Shown here: piece after piece, positions 24,975 through 37,530 of the stretch
Numbering within the stretch: the stretch's first letter is position 1
Layout: each line of letters opens with the position of its first letter
Assembly (NCBI RefSeq): GCF_018977255.1
Contig: NW_024704743.1
Coordinates: 68,264,001-68,328,000, forward strand
Length of the DNA: 64,000 bases
From: Callorhinchus milii
Lineage: Eukaryota
Reading direction: 5' to 3'
The notes under the pieces: model-generated
Seen by the model: the letters and a program-made list of their open reading frames with translations, nothing else
What the model was told of the DNA's origin: nothing
Database searches by the model: none
Made by a program: the position numbers and the translations under genes

Positions 24975-26790
24975 TTGAATACCAATGTTCAGCAGGAGCA
25001 AAATAAATGAATACATACGAAGATGTGTCAGTAAGAAAATATAAGGGGAGATAAAGAAGAAAAGGAAGAGTTATAAAACTTGTAGGAAGAGTGGAGAAGG
25101 TAATCATTCGGGTTGAATGCCAGACTGCACAGAAGAAGCTAAAAGGGAGATTAGAGAAGCCAAGAGAGAATTGGAAAGGGACACAGCAGTAAATGCAAAA
25201 CATAACACCAAGATATTATAGAGTCAATCAGGACTGGGGAGGTTCCAATGGACTGGAAGCTAGCAGATGCTGTTTCCATGATCAAGAAAAGTGACAAAAC
25301 TAAACCTGGTAACTATAGACATATTGGCCTGACCTCATGAGTCAATCACCAGAAAAGAAGTGGAAGATTACTTTGATATAGCACTTTATCACATCGTTGA
25401 GACATCTCAAAGTGCTTCACAGAATATACTGTGTATTTTGTGGGTCAAACGCAGCAGCCAGTTGAATGGCAACATTTTTTTTTGGAGGCTTATTACCCCT
25501 GGAAAGCGATCCGCAACTCTACTAACAACCCTGGTACTTACTAACTTACTGCTAGGTGAACATATGTTAAAATGATCTAATGGTATGGGTTCAGAAAAGG
25601 TAGGTCTTGTCTGACAAATCTCGTAGACTTTTTTGAGGAGATCACAGCCCAAATTGACTGTAGGAAGCCATATGATGTAGTATAGCTCGACTTCCAAAAG
25701 GCATTTGACAAAATACCACATGAAAGACTCCTTCTGTGATCACTGGGTATCAAGGGCAAGGCATGGACGTTCATTCAGAATTGGCTGAAGGAAAGGAAGA
25801 AGAAGGTTTTTGTTAGGGAGCTAGGTCAAATTGGGGAGAGGTAATAAGCATGGTGCTTCAGGGGTCTGTACTGGGGCCTCTCCTATTCCTCATGTATATT
25901 AATAATCTGGATATGCAAACACAGTGTAAGTTATTTAAATTTGCAGCTACCACCAAGTTGGGGGGAACTAGAGAAACAAAGGAGGCAGTAAAGGACCAAC
26001 AAAGAGAGGTTGATAGGCAATGCACATGGGTTGATAACTGGCAAATAAAGTTTAATACTGATAAATGCAAGTTACTAATATAGAATGCAGGAATGGAAAA
26101 CACTAGGACTCCGTGAATGGGCTGGAAATTATCAAGGGGGAAGTTGAGATACACGGGTGTTAGTTGATTCATCACTCGTTGTGTAAAAACAGCGTGAGGC
26201 AGCAATACACAAGACAAATAAGATGCTATTGTTAAATCAGTCAAATTTAGATCCCCAGACATCATACTCAGGCTGTACATCGCTTTGATCAGACTACACT
26301 TTGAATATTGTATACAGATCTGGTCACCATGACACAAGAATGCTCCCCAGACCTTAGAGGCAGGGCAGAGGATAGCAATGAGGATGATCCTCAGTGTTAG
26401 ATGAATGAGCTACGAATCAACAATTAGACAACCTAGGGCTCTTCAGTCTTGAGAGAAAACAACTCAGAGATGTGTATAAAATTTTAAATGGGTTTGAAAA
26501 AGTAAACCCAGATCGGTACTTCTGGATTGCACAGGATGCAACAAGACAGTAGAACAAGAGTACAAAGATTTAATTGCAACGGGTAATTTCAGATACTGGG
26601 AAGTTTTTAATTTATTCAGTGGGTAATTAACTGGAATAAGTGCCAGGAAAGATGATTGAGGCCAAAACACTGGACTCGTTTAAAAAGCAGCTTAATAATG
26701 TCATGGGAAGACAGCAGCATGGATGTTCTTGAAGGATACGATCAGTTGGACCGAAGGCTCCTTCATCTAAACCAATCTTGTGAACTTGAG
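24975..26790 (+). mobile_element. Degenerate CR1-clade LINE (RT through 3' end), with a SINE fragment at ~25365-25500
   Basis: GFRKGRSCLTNLVDFFEEIT..D....DVV*LDFQKAFDKIPHERL at ~25586-25730; ORF 25850-26083 [34 protein letters not shown]. Confidence 0.9.
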
Positions 26791-27401
26791 AAATATACTT
26801 TTGTACTTTTACTTGAAAGAAGTACTGTTTTGGAACATGAATTCCTGGGATTTTCTGATTAAATGTGTCAGAGTCTGTATTTAGGTAAGGGAAGCAATTG
26901 CCTCGACATTGATCTTCACTGATTAATTATCACAATGTCATTGGAACCACTGATTCTGCTCAACTTGTCAAAGCAGAAGGTAAATTGAAATAAAGTAAAA
27001 CCAATCCTCACACAGCTCAGAGCCACACAGTGAATAATATGAATCACAAAGTGGGATACCCTTTTGCAAATCATGTCAGCTCAACGGGCGCAATTTTCTG
27101 CTGCAATAATAATGCCATTATTCACTGTTACAGGACATATGTCGCATCACCAATGAACAGAAGGAATAGGGAGCTGCTTTGCTTTCAACATTTATAATTT
27201 TGGCAGCAGCCATATGTGATGACTTTGATGGAGGAAAAATTACACCAACAACAATGACAACTTGCACTTATACAGCACCTGACTACGTCCTTTGAAAACT
27301 TTCAAACCAAAGTAACTCCATCTGAATACTGAATCTGGCTTTGAATGAGAATGCAAAACATATGGAAGTGTATTTGCTATCTGTTATCCAGCACACCAAT
27401 C

Positions 27402-27736
27402 AATAATCCTTGCACGTCTCAAAGCGCTTCACAGAATATACTGTAAAGTGAATTGATTAAATTTTGTGAACGAAGTGCAGCAGCCAATTGTGCACAGCAA
27501 TGTCCCGCAAATAGTCATGGATTGAGGGACCAAATTATTATTATTATTTTTTTGAAGGAATTATTATGCCCGGAAAAGCAATCAGCCAATCGACCAACAA
27601 CTAGGATCATACTTACTGCAAGGTAGACAGACGTGTGGAATAAGGAAACTTCTCCGCCGTTTCGCCCTGCCGGGAATCGAACCCAGTTCTCTCGCTTGAG
27701 AGGCAAGTGCTCTAACCACTGAGTTACAGGACTCCA
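27402..27736 (-). mobile_element. tRNA SINE, long subfamily
   Basis: Reverse complement: ggagtcctgtaactcagtggttagagc...gggttcgattccc, with the extra gtctgtctaccttgcagtaag segment. Confidence 0.85.
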
Positions 27737-28039
27737 ATACTGAACTCATCCATAAAATCAATAGATAGCTAAGAAAAATATATCAATCGAATATTTATAC
27801 ATCTATGTGAAAAAGACTGTTTTGCTCTCTGCCTCATTGTTCAAATGTTTTAACACTTAAATGCGTCCATCTATCAATTTAACATCAGGTTTTCCGTACA
27901 GCATGTCACAGAGAGTCATCATTAGAATGTAAGTGAGGCAAAGAGTTACTGGTACCTGCTATCCAATTGTTGACCTGGTTCAGTTGTCTCTTAACTCGGA
28001 AGCTGTGGGTTCAATCCCCATGAAGGAAACTGTTAAATT

Positions 28040-28518
28040 AATAATCCTTGCATTTAATATAGGACCTTATTATGTTGTTGAGACATCTCAAAGCGTTTCA
28101 CAGGATATATTGCCAAGTTGATTGACTGTGTATTTTGCCAGCGAAATGCAGCAGCCAGCTGCTCACAGCAATGTCTCACAAACAGCCGTGGAGTGAGTGA
28201 CCAATTTTTTTTATTTAGGGGATTGTTGGTCAGGACGCCGGAAGAGACTCCATTTACTATTCAAATAGTGCCATGGGAGCTTTAACAACCACCTGAATAG
28301 GCAGATGGGACCTCGGTTTAACGTCCATCTGTAGGACGGCACCTCTGACAATGCAACACACCCCTAGCACTGCATTGGAATGTCATCTTAGACTATGTGA
28401 TTCCAAGTCCCGACGTAGGGATTCAACCCACAACCTTCTGACTGGCACAACCTTCTGACTGGCACAACCTTCTGACTGGCAACACTGACGAGTGTTACCA
28501 TTGCACCAGGCAGACCCA
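28040..28518 (-). mobile_element. Full-length DeuSINE (SacSINE1-like) with a 17-bp triplication in the head
   Basis: Deu segment, tail and head all present; (cacaaccttctgactgg)3 at 28429-28479. Confidence 0.85.
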
Positions 28519-28542
28519 TATTTTTAAGTATAGGTCTTAAAA

Positions 28543-28893
28543 GTGGAGTCCTGCAACCCAGTCTTTAGAGCACTTGCCTCACAAGTGGGTTTGTTTCCCA
28601 GCAGGCCGAAATGTTGGGCAAGTTTCCTCACTCCACACACGTCTGTTTACCCAGCAGTAAATAGGAACCCAGTTGTTAGTCGATTGGTGGAGCGTTTTTC
28701 TGGGGATAATAATCCCTCAAAAAAAAATTGGTCACTCAATCCACGACTGTTTGTGGGACACTGCTGTGCGCAATTGGCTGCCGCGTTTCACCCACAAATA
28801 TACAATCAATTCACTTTACAATATGTTCTGTGAAACGCTTTGAGACGTCTAGAAGACATGAAAAGCGCTATATCAAATGCAAGGATTATTATT
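28543..28893 (+). mobile_element. tRNA SINE, long subfamily
   Basis: gtggagtcctgc...ttgggcaagtttcc...gtctgtttacccagcagtaaataggaaccc...gagacgtctagaagac...(att)n. Confidence 0.88.
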
Positions 28894-30789
28894 AAAATGT
28901 AATCGATCAATTTTGTAGGCAAATATTTGTATTTAAGTGAATTTGTAAGTGAATCTGTTAGCCAATTTTTATATAGCAATCTTTCACAAACAGCCATGAA
29001 GTGAATGATTTTATTTTAAGATCATTGTGACTTGATGGTTGGAGATTCTAATGCCAGTGCTTGAATATATGTCAGCAGAAGGAGTTACAATTGGTAAATA
29101 ACACAGAGTTCCCTCTTCAAAGCTCTAACCACTGGCATCAACTTTCGACATCTGGCGAGGACAAAATGAGATTGAGTTATGATGCCCCCGACATTCGAAT
29201 AGTCTGCCAATACTCCAACGTCAAGCTTCATGCATGAATAGCAGCCCTCTACCAGAGGGCATGACGCCTGTGATAACACACTCACCCACAATCAAAGGGA
29301 AAAAAACAATCTAACTCCTTAAGGAGAATAGGAGAAAATATGTCTAGGAACAAAATACAAAGAGCCAAGGTTTTGTGCCTTAATAAACTTCTTTTCATTG
29401 CAGCTCTTGGCATTTTTTTTTCTCTGTGATCACGATTGGATAGATATGACAAAGGTCGTTTTTATTCTTGCTTAATAGTTGCTGTGAATCCATTATTAAA
29501 GTGCCTTTGCGTATCTTTTAAACCATTGCGTTTTTGTTAGTTATAGTATAAAAGCCCTTTTCCCATTCATCACCTTGCAAATAAAATTGATCTTAATGTA
29601 TCTTTTTTTTATTTTAAATGCTCTTTGAGCAAAGCTGTGTTCACCCTGACAGTGATTTCACATGGATGAATTCTCCATAGTTTTTTTTAAAGACCTAAAA
29701 GAGAAAATGTAGAACATCTCATTCAAGTCGTTTAGAAATTGGAATGAGGTTACATTAGTTACCTTAACGATTAATCCAAGTGAATTTATACAGAAAGAAA
29801 GTGCTCGGAGTTATAGAAATTATCTGAATCCATTACTTCACAGCAGCACAATACTCAGGCTATATTGTCATGTACCCTCTCATGTAAACAGAAACACAGT
29901 CAAATAACAATTTGTTGCATTTAGTAACTTGGACTTAAGTTGCTCGTTAACCCCTCTGTTGAGAAATTATTATTTTACTGCTTGTGGATCTGTAAAATGG
30001 GACACAGATAAACAGAATTCTAATATAATGAATTCCCACCAAGCCTAAATTAATGTACTTCTACAAACTACTGGTATATTGTTTCCATATATCAAGCTTC
30101 CAGTTGAAAAGTGACCTTGTGTATTGATTGATTTTTTTTGCCGCTAGATTTTATTTTCCTCATCACATTTAGAATTATTGACCAATAACCCATCTTTCTA
30201 ATGTTGTTTTTCAAGTACTCCAGTCCAAACCTATTGATTTAAATACCAACCAGAGAGCTGCGATTATAGTACATCGTCCACTGAAGGCAGTACTGTATTA
30301 AGCATAACAACTGACTGATAAAATAATGTGAAATTTTCAGCATATGCTAGTATATGAATACTACATATTGCAGCTAAAATGTGTTTGTCTTTCAGGCATG
30401 TTGAATATACCACACACCATCAGCTACATTATTTGGCCCAAACACAGTTTTTATTCATCTTCACTTTTATGACATGGTCCTAAATGTAAACCATAAATCT
30501 GTTGAGGCATCTGCATAATGCGGCCCATGAGAACAATAACATCAGCAAATTGAATTGGTCTTATGTTATTCCTTACAGCATGCTTCAGAGTTCAGCATCA
30601 GTAAGTTAATGTTTTGAAGACTTGCCCTACTAGCTTTTGTGACACAAACTGTTTCAAGGTTTATATAAAAACAGTGAATGTACCATATAAGGAAGCATAG
30701 TAAATCCACAAATTTGGTATTCTTTCCTAAGTGTAAGGCTTTCTTGGCCATGAAATAGGGTGAACTCAGCTGCAATTATGTCTACCTAA

Positions 30790-31065
30790 CTGTAGGTGGA
30801 CGTTAAAAATCCCATGGCACTTTGTAACAACAACAAATGACACTTATATAGAGCCCTTCACGTTGGAAAGAGAAGGGAGTTTCTCCTGGTGTCCTGGCCA
30901 AAAATCCCCCAGATAAAATTGGTCATTCAGTTCGTTATTTGTAGAATATTGTTGTGCGCAGATTGGTCCCCCGTTCACCCACAAAAACACCGGCATTCCG
31001 CTTTACAGTAAATCCTTTGAAGTACGTTGACGTGAATGGCTCTACACTAAATATAAGGATTATTT
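30790..31065 (+). mobile_element. DeuSINE fragment with a nested antisense L2 tail (~30826-30868)
   Basis: gttaaaaatcccatggcact|aacaacaacaaatgacacttatatagagcccttcacg|gaagggagtttctcctggtgtcctggcc. Confidence 0.7.
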
Positions 31066-31789
31066 CATTGCTGTTTATATCAGTAATTTTGAACCTAGTC
31101 CTGAAGTAAACTGAAGGTTTTTCTAGCACGGGGGAATTTTCTTGCTCCTCTGAAACCGCAGCAGTAGAAACATAGTTATTTGCAAGGTGAGCAGCCAAAG
31201 CAGCCTCTTGTAAAGAGTTTCACAAATGCCAACAATTCTCTAGAATTGAACTTGAAGGGAGTAGAAAACAGACTCAAGCTCAGAAGAGGGAAGGTGAACA
31301 GACCAAATCAACCATTTAACACACCAAGTGATGAATATATACAATAGATGTTCAAGGGTTGGATCAGCAAATTCAGCTGAGCATTTGTTACTTATTTGGA
31401 GACAAAATTTGATTGAGGGGAGTGCAAGATAGGTTGGAAGTGTAGGCTCTCAATTTGTAACCATCCAAATGAACAGCAATGGTCTGTCCTGGTCCTGTAC
31501 ATTCTTATGTTCCCATGCTCTAGTAGCTCATCAAAGTAGCCATTCGGGAATGTTGGTTGGCTATTTACTGGTGTAGTCATCACAAACAAGAAGTCCAAAT
31601 GGAAATTAAATAAACCCATGAAGATAATAATCCTTGCATTTGATATATGAAAGACGAAAGATATAAAATTCTAAGAGGAAACTGCAGGGAAATGGGATTA
31701 CTAAATTCCTTTGTGTGGGAGTTACCATGACATGATGGGTTAAGTGACCTCCCCTGCTGAAATGTCTTTGTTTCTAAGTATTTCTGTCC

Positions 31790-32010
31790 TCCCTCACTTC
31801 CAGCAGGGGTTATTGGATAGTAATCAGGAATGAGAACCCTGAGGGGGATTTCTTAATTCCTGCATCCTAGCCCAGGAACACAGAACATTTGTTTTGCTCC
31901 ACTACTGCTGCTGGCACTGCTGAGACCAGCTAATGAGCTCAGATGAGCAATCAAAGCTGACATCTTCCTGATCTGCATAGCTCACTAGCCTCATGCATGG
32001 AACATTAACC
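31790..32010 (-). mobile_element. Possible ancient SINE relic (related fragment at ~36945-37200)
   Basis: gaaccctga..gattt...cctagcccagg...gctgagaccagct resembles gaaaccctggctgtttttcc...ggctgagac...ccagct at ~36960; weak. Confidence 0.35.
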
Positions 32011-32529
32011 CATTTGTGACCTAAGTGTACAAGCATTTAAACTCAATTTACAGCTCCTGGCTTCTGTTCCTTGTATAACCATACACCTGTTATAATGCTG
32101 AAGATACTGAGACTAATCTGATCTCAGATCTTGCATTTAAATAGCACCCTTCACATAGGATAGCATCTGGGAGATTGTTGCTCAATGCCTATTACTAGCA
32201 TATAAACATAAAATAAACAATGGGTTTTACATTCAGCAGAATTTCTGCAGCAAGATTGAGTAACATGCTTTACTTGTTTGTCGAATCACCTTTCAGTTTG
32301 CACATTTTGCACATGGATATGGGGGTCTAACATGCGTTGATTTCTAACTGGATTTCTTAATAAGAAAACTAGAAATACACAATCCCCAGCAGGGAACTCT
32401 GCTCTGACACAATTCACTTCCTGAGCGGGTTTGCGTGACCTGCTTTCGGTTATTGAAAGGAGTCTTTACTCGCAATCCTGATTAACTAATCACATTTGAA
32501 CTCGCTGTGTGTTTAGATCCCTTATTGAA

Positions 32530-32598
32530 TGTGTCAGCGCTTTGGGATGTCCTCCCGACGTGAAAAGCGCTATAGAAATGTAACTTTGTTGTTGTTGT
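32530..32598 (+). mobile_element. Isolated L2/SINE-type tail with (TTG)n
   Basis: cagcgctttgggatgtcctcccgacgtgaaaagcgctatagaaatgtaac(ttg)n. Confidence 0.8.
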
Positions 32599-32904
32599 CT
32601 GTAATGATTCGAGACACAGCTACTTGGAAGCTGTGTGTGTTCTGTGAAATACCCACGTGGACCATGTTGCTGATACTGTTTTAAAATGATGAAGAACATC
32701 ATGCTCCCAGCAGAAATCACAAGTGGCCCAGCATGGTTGACAAGGATAGGAGAGAAAATTAGATAAATCAAGATATTGTGCTTAAGGGATTTGAAAGCAC
32801 AATGTAGATTTGTAGGAGGAAAGGAACACTGAGATGGTGAACTCAATAGTCTTGAGGTTGAAAAGCATAAAGTGGAGGCTAAACAGATTTAGGAAAACAA
32901 AGGC

Positions 32905-33300
32905 TTAATCCTTGTATTTGACCTTACCATATCGTCAAAAAGGCTCAAAGTGTTTCAGAATGGATTTCACTGTTAAGTACAGCGACTAAGTATTTTTTAG
33001 GTAAATGCAGCAACCAATTTTGTGCACAGCAATGTCCCCAAACAGCCATAAATTGAATGAAGAATTTTATCTGGTGGTTGGCCAAGACTCCCTTCTTCTT
33101 TCAAATTATGCCATGGGAATCTATAATGTCCACTTGGAACAGGCAGAGAAGATCTCGATTGAATGTTTCATACAATGAATGGCAATGCACTCTTGACAAT
33201 TTAGTGCTCCTCCAACACTACATTGGAGTATCAGACTCCATCATGAGCTTGAAATCCAAATGAATCTACAACCTTCTTGCTCAGAGGGGAATGTGTTACA
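32905..33300 (-). mobile_element. Diverged DeuSINE
   Basis: aatccttgtatttg...tgtgcacagcaatgtcccc...tgccatgggaatc...gaacaggcaga...cattggagtatcagact. Confidence 0.65.
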
Positions 33301-35379
33301 ATCTACCACAATGTCAAGTTAATTATGTTATTTAGAAGGGATTAGACTCTTGAAAGATATTCTGAAAGGTTGCAAGGAAACTTCAGTGGTAAATGATTTA
33401 AGTTCATAGTTCCAGTGGGAGGACAGCACAAGCAAAGAACCAATGAGCTGCTGTAAGCAATATATGATGACGACAGACATTTTTTTCAGTTGATGTTGGA
33501 AATCTTTAATTTTATTTGTGAAGTTTAATAATATTGATCTGATTTCCTTTGACAGCTGAACTGTTGTAAAATATCTGTTATTTGTATCATTCCATCAGGG
33601 CAGAGTTTTTTAACTAATGACTAGGAGTGCAATTAATCAGTAGTCTAATGAATGTCACTCTTACTGGAAAACTAATTTTCTTCAACCAGTACTTATAAAT
33701 CTGAATTCAATAACATTTAATAAAATAGTTTATAACACCAAAATTTTGCTTTCCCTACAAACATTTCTCGAAGTGCAGTAAAAAAGAAAAGCAGTAAATA
33801 TATTCTTAATCAAAGGGGAAGCCGTAGCTAGTTCTGTGTATAATATCTCTCCAAAACTCTCTTTTGAAAAGATATTATCGTACCAATTACTTTTTTTCAA
33901 TATTGCATTTTATATAGCACCTTACTGATGAAATGACATCCATTCTCAGGATTTTAAGCACTGCTGACAGCCATTTCGCTCTTTCTGCTCTTAATGCCTT
34001 CATGAGAATGACATTTTATGCATCAGTTTGTCCCTGCATCTGCTCAAGTGTAAGGTGAGGATAGGTCTGGAGTGTACTCTGTATGTACTGAATGAACTAC
34101 TGAATGTATTGACTACAGAACCATATTCGCCCACAAATATACAGTCAATTCACCATGCAGTCTATTCTGTGAAGCGCTTTGAGATGTCGAGAAGATGTGA
34201 AAACCACTATATCAAATATATTATTATTATTAGAAATTTATAGCACAGAAGAAGGCCAGTGGACACTCTGCAAAATTAGTTTGCTGTTGTAATAATGTTG
34301 TAATTTTCTCTCTTGTGATGGTACTTTGTCATCTCTCTCTCATGTTTTGTAAATTGTATTTTTTCTCTAGAGGATCTTCCTGCTCAATTACATCAGGTCC
34401 TGGTGCAAAAGTAGAACCTACAATTATAGACTGAGCTTCCATATTAGACTTTACTGCCACTGGCCACAGTATCTTTGAATTCAACTTGATAATGTTCCAA
34501 ACTCTCTGCAAAATAGAAAATCGCAGGAGTGCTTTGAAACAAGAATAAAAAGCAGCCAGTGCAGTTTTAATATAAGAGCCAAAGTCTGTTATAAATCAAA
34601 TCAACATCAGAATAGAAAAGTAGCAGACTTTAACTCATTTGGGTCTGTGGCAATGGAGCTGGTGACATTCATTTGTTCCTTTCCTGTAAATCACTGTTCA
34701 CTGAAGTGTATGTTTTATATGCATCTAGGGCTACGTGCAATCCCTACTTACTCGAGGATTTTAAAGCAATCTATTTCGTTGCTGATTGTACTACATCTGT
34801 TACATTCCTTTTCCGTGAAAGCCAAAGCAAATTCTTATGAAGATCAATATCCAGCAATACAGATCTTACAATATATACTTTTAAAAATATCTTAACTGTT
34901 AAATGTTTTAAAAATGTATTAGAATCAAAATTGCAGTGTTTGTTATTTGGAAAAAGTAGTTTGATTTTTTTATATCCAGTGTGTGTGAAGCTGACAGTGT
35001 AAAAAATATGAATGGCATATTTGAGAATGTATTATATGCCTTCCAAAAACCAACAACATTTTAGATTTATATAGTGCCTATCGTTCAAAGCGTAAAAACC
35101 TAAGCCAGGTAGACACACGTTGTATAAAGTATATAAAAATGAGGTTCTGTAAATGTCATTATCGTAGCTCTTACTGTCCAACTTTACGTGCCTAAAACTT
35201 GATTTCGTTGGCTGCAAACAGCCTACGAAAGCCTATATACCGGAGGTTAAACTGGTTATGTAGATCTCTGATGTGTGACTGTAACTAAACAGGAAAGGGT
35301 TACGAATTAAATAAGATACTTGTTGGTGAACCCTGGAAGATGAATACATCTGGCTATGCTGAGTTAATAATATAGTTAC

Positions 35380-35640
35380 TACACTTTACAGTAAAATTCC
35401 GTGAAGCGCTTTCAGATGTATAATAATATAATAATCCTTGCATTTGATATAGCGCTTTTCATGTCTTCTAGACGTCTCAAAGCGCTTCACAGAATATACT
35501 GTAAAGTGAATTGACTGTATATTTGTGGACGAAACCCAGCAGCCAATTGCGCACAGCAGTGTCCCACAAACAGTCGTGGATTGAAGAGATGTCCTCTTGA
35601 CATGAAAAGCACTATATCAAATGTATGGATTATTATTATC
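35380..35640. mobile_element. Minus-strand SINE 3' half (35420-35586) inserted in a plus-strand SINE tail
   Basis: agatgt duplicated at 35414-35419 and 35587-35592. Confidence 0.8.
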
Positions 35641-37324
35641 ATAATTAAGTTTTATACTTGGTCAGTTTATAGAGATGTTCTACGAATTATGGGCACACTT
35701 TTGAGATTGAAATGCAGCACTGATTTAATTTAGACATTAAAAAAGTTTTAATAAATTGAGTTTATATTTACAGTATATGTTTCAAGAACCCTAAAATCAA
35801 GTACTGTAACTGAAACACAGGACAACAACTATAACTTGCATTCATATAGCACTCTTCACTTAGGATAATGTCTCAAAAGTTCTGTACAGCGGCAGGGATG
35901 GACGCAAAGGGAGGGAGAAGGGGAGAGTTGGATGACCGTAGGAGTCGTCAAAGATGTTGGACCACCTGAAGTTGGACAGGGTTTAATAGGGACAACTAGA
36001 TTCCAACTAAGTGCCCTGCATCTGCTTCTGTTCATTTGAACCATTTCTCTCGATGCCCTGGGCAACAATCCTTTAGATCGTTCACTTCATGGCTACTTGT
36101 AGAAACTTGATTGCACATTTTTTCTGCCTACAAAATAGTCACCGCAATTGACCATCATTACTTGTGAAGTGCTCTGGTTTATAATAATCCTTACATTTGA
36201 TATCACATTGTCAAAATGTCTCGAAGCGCTTCACGAGATTTACCTGGAGTGACTGTATTTTGTAGACAAACGTGACAGTCAATTTGCACAAGAAACGAAT
36301 GACCAATTTTATCTGGAAGACATTGAGAGAAATTCTAATGTTCCTAGAATCTTTTAGACTACTATAAGCTGAAACTCAGGAGCACCTGAAGATGGATAGG
36401 ATTTAATGGAGATAAGTGGATTCTAACTAAGTGCTTTACTGATTAATACTGTGTAATCTTTCTGAGACAAGCAAAACACAAGTTAAGATGAGTACTGGTC
36501 AAAGTATGACAATAGACAAAGATAAAAGTAATTTGGTGAGTCAATGGATCAGGTAGTAAGTACTTGATTGGCCAGCTATTCCTTAGGAATACCTCTCCAT
36601 TGACTACATATTGGGTACTAAGGAGAAAAGTACTGTAAAAAGAAAGATCAGCAAAGCATTGTGCCACTTAAACTGGATCAATACCAGTAGGTCGAAGTTG
36701 CTGTAATTTGATTTTCCAGTGTTTCTCTGCAGATCGGCATGGATTTGTGAACAGCAAAGGAATATTAATGCACAGGTACAGGGGGTCTCTGTTTCAGTGT
36801 AAAAATATCAGTCTTCAAAACTAAATGCCCTTCATTATATTTGAATGTGTGGAGGAGAACAATATCTAAATGATCTAAAGTGATCTTTAGAGAGATCTGG
36901 AGTACTTACTTATTTAAAATTATACAATTTCTCCTACATAGAGGAGAAATCCCAGCAGAAACCCTGGCTGTTTTTCCTCTCCTGAACTTTGAGAAAGCCG
37001 GAGCCACGTTTAGCCTCCCCTGCAGCCTTGGCTGAGACAACAATAACAGCTTGCATTTATATAGCAGCCCTCACACAGGGTAGCATCCCAGAACACTTGA
37101 AGCCAGCTTGTCGCTCGAAACCAATAAACTTAGTGCAGAACGGGATTTAAACCAACAAGCTCTTGGTCTGTAAACAGCAGCTCCATCATCTAACTAAACC
37201 ATCAAGGCTGCTCTCTTATAAATAAATTGGCTGTCACTTTAACAAAAATGACTAGAAGACATTTTTGCACATAAAACTGATATCGCACGTTGTGGCTCTG
37301 AACAAAAACTGTTTTCAATGTAGC

Positions 37325-37530
37325 TTTTGCAACTGATAATGTTTCGTCAGCTGAGTGCGAGACATATAAGGAAACCCATCACCGTGCTTAAGATTAAGAG
37401 TCTCCAAGGACTGAAAGTTTCACGCCACCTACATATTGGAAATTTCTATCTTTGGAACTCTCTCCAGATGGACACATCCTGCTTACCTAATTTCCAGAGA
37501 ACATTAGGTTCAGGTGGCAAGAGTCAAGGC
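37325..37530 (-). repeat. Repeat 'A' copy
   Basis: catcctgcttacctaatttccagagaacattagg...tggcaagagtcaagg. Confidence 0.65.
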
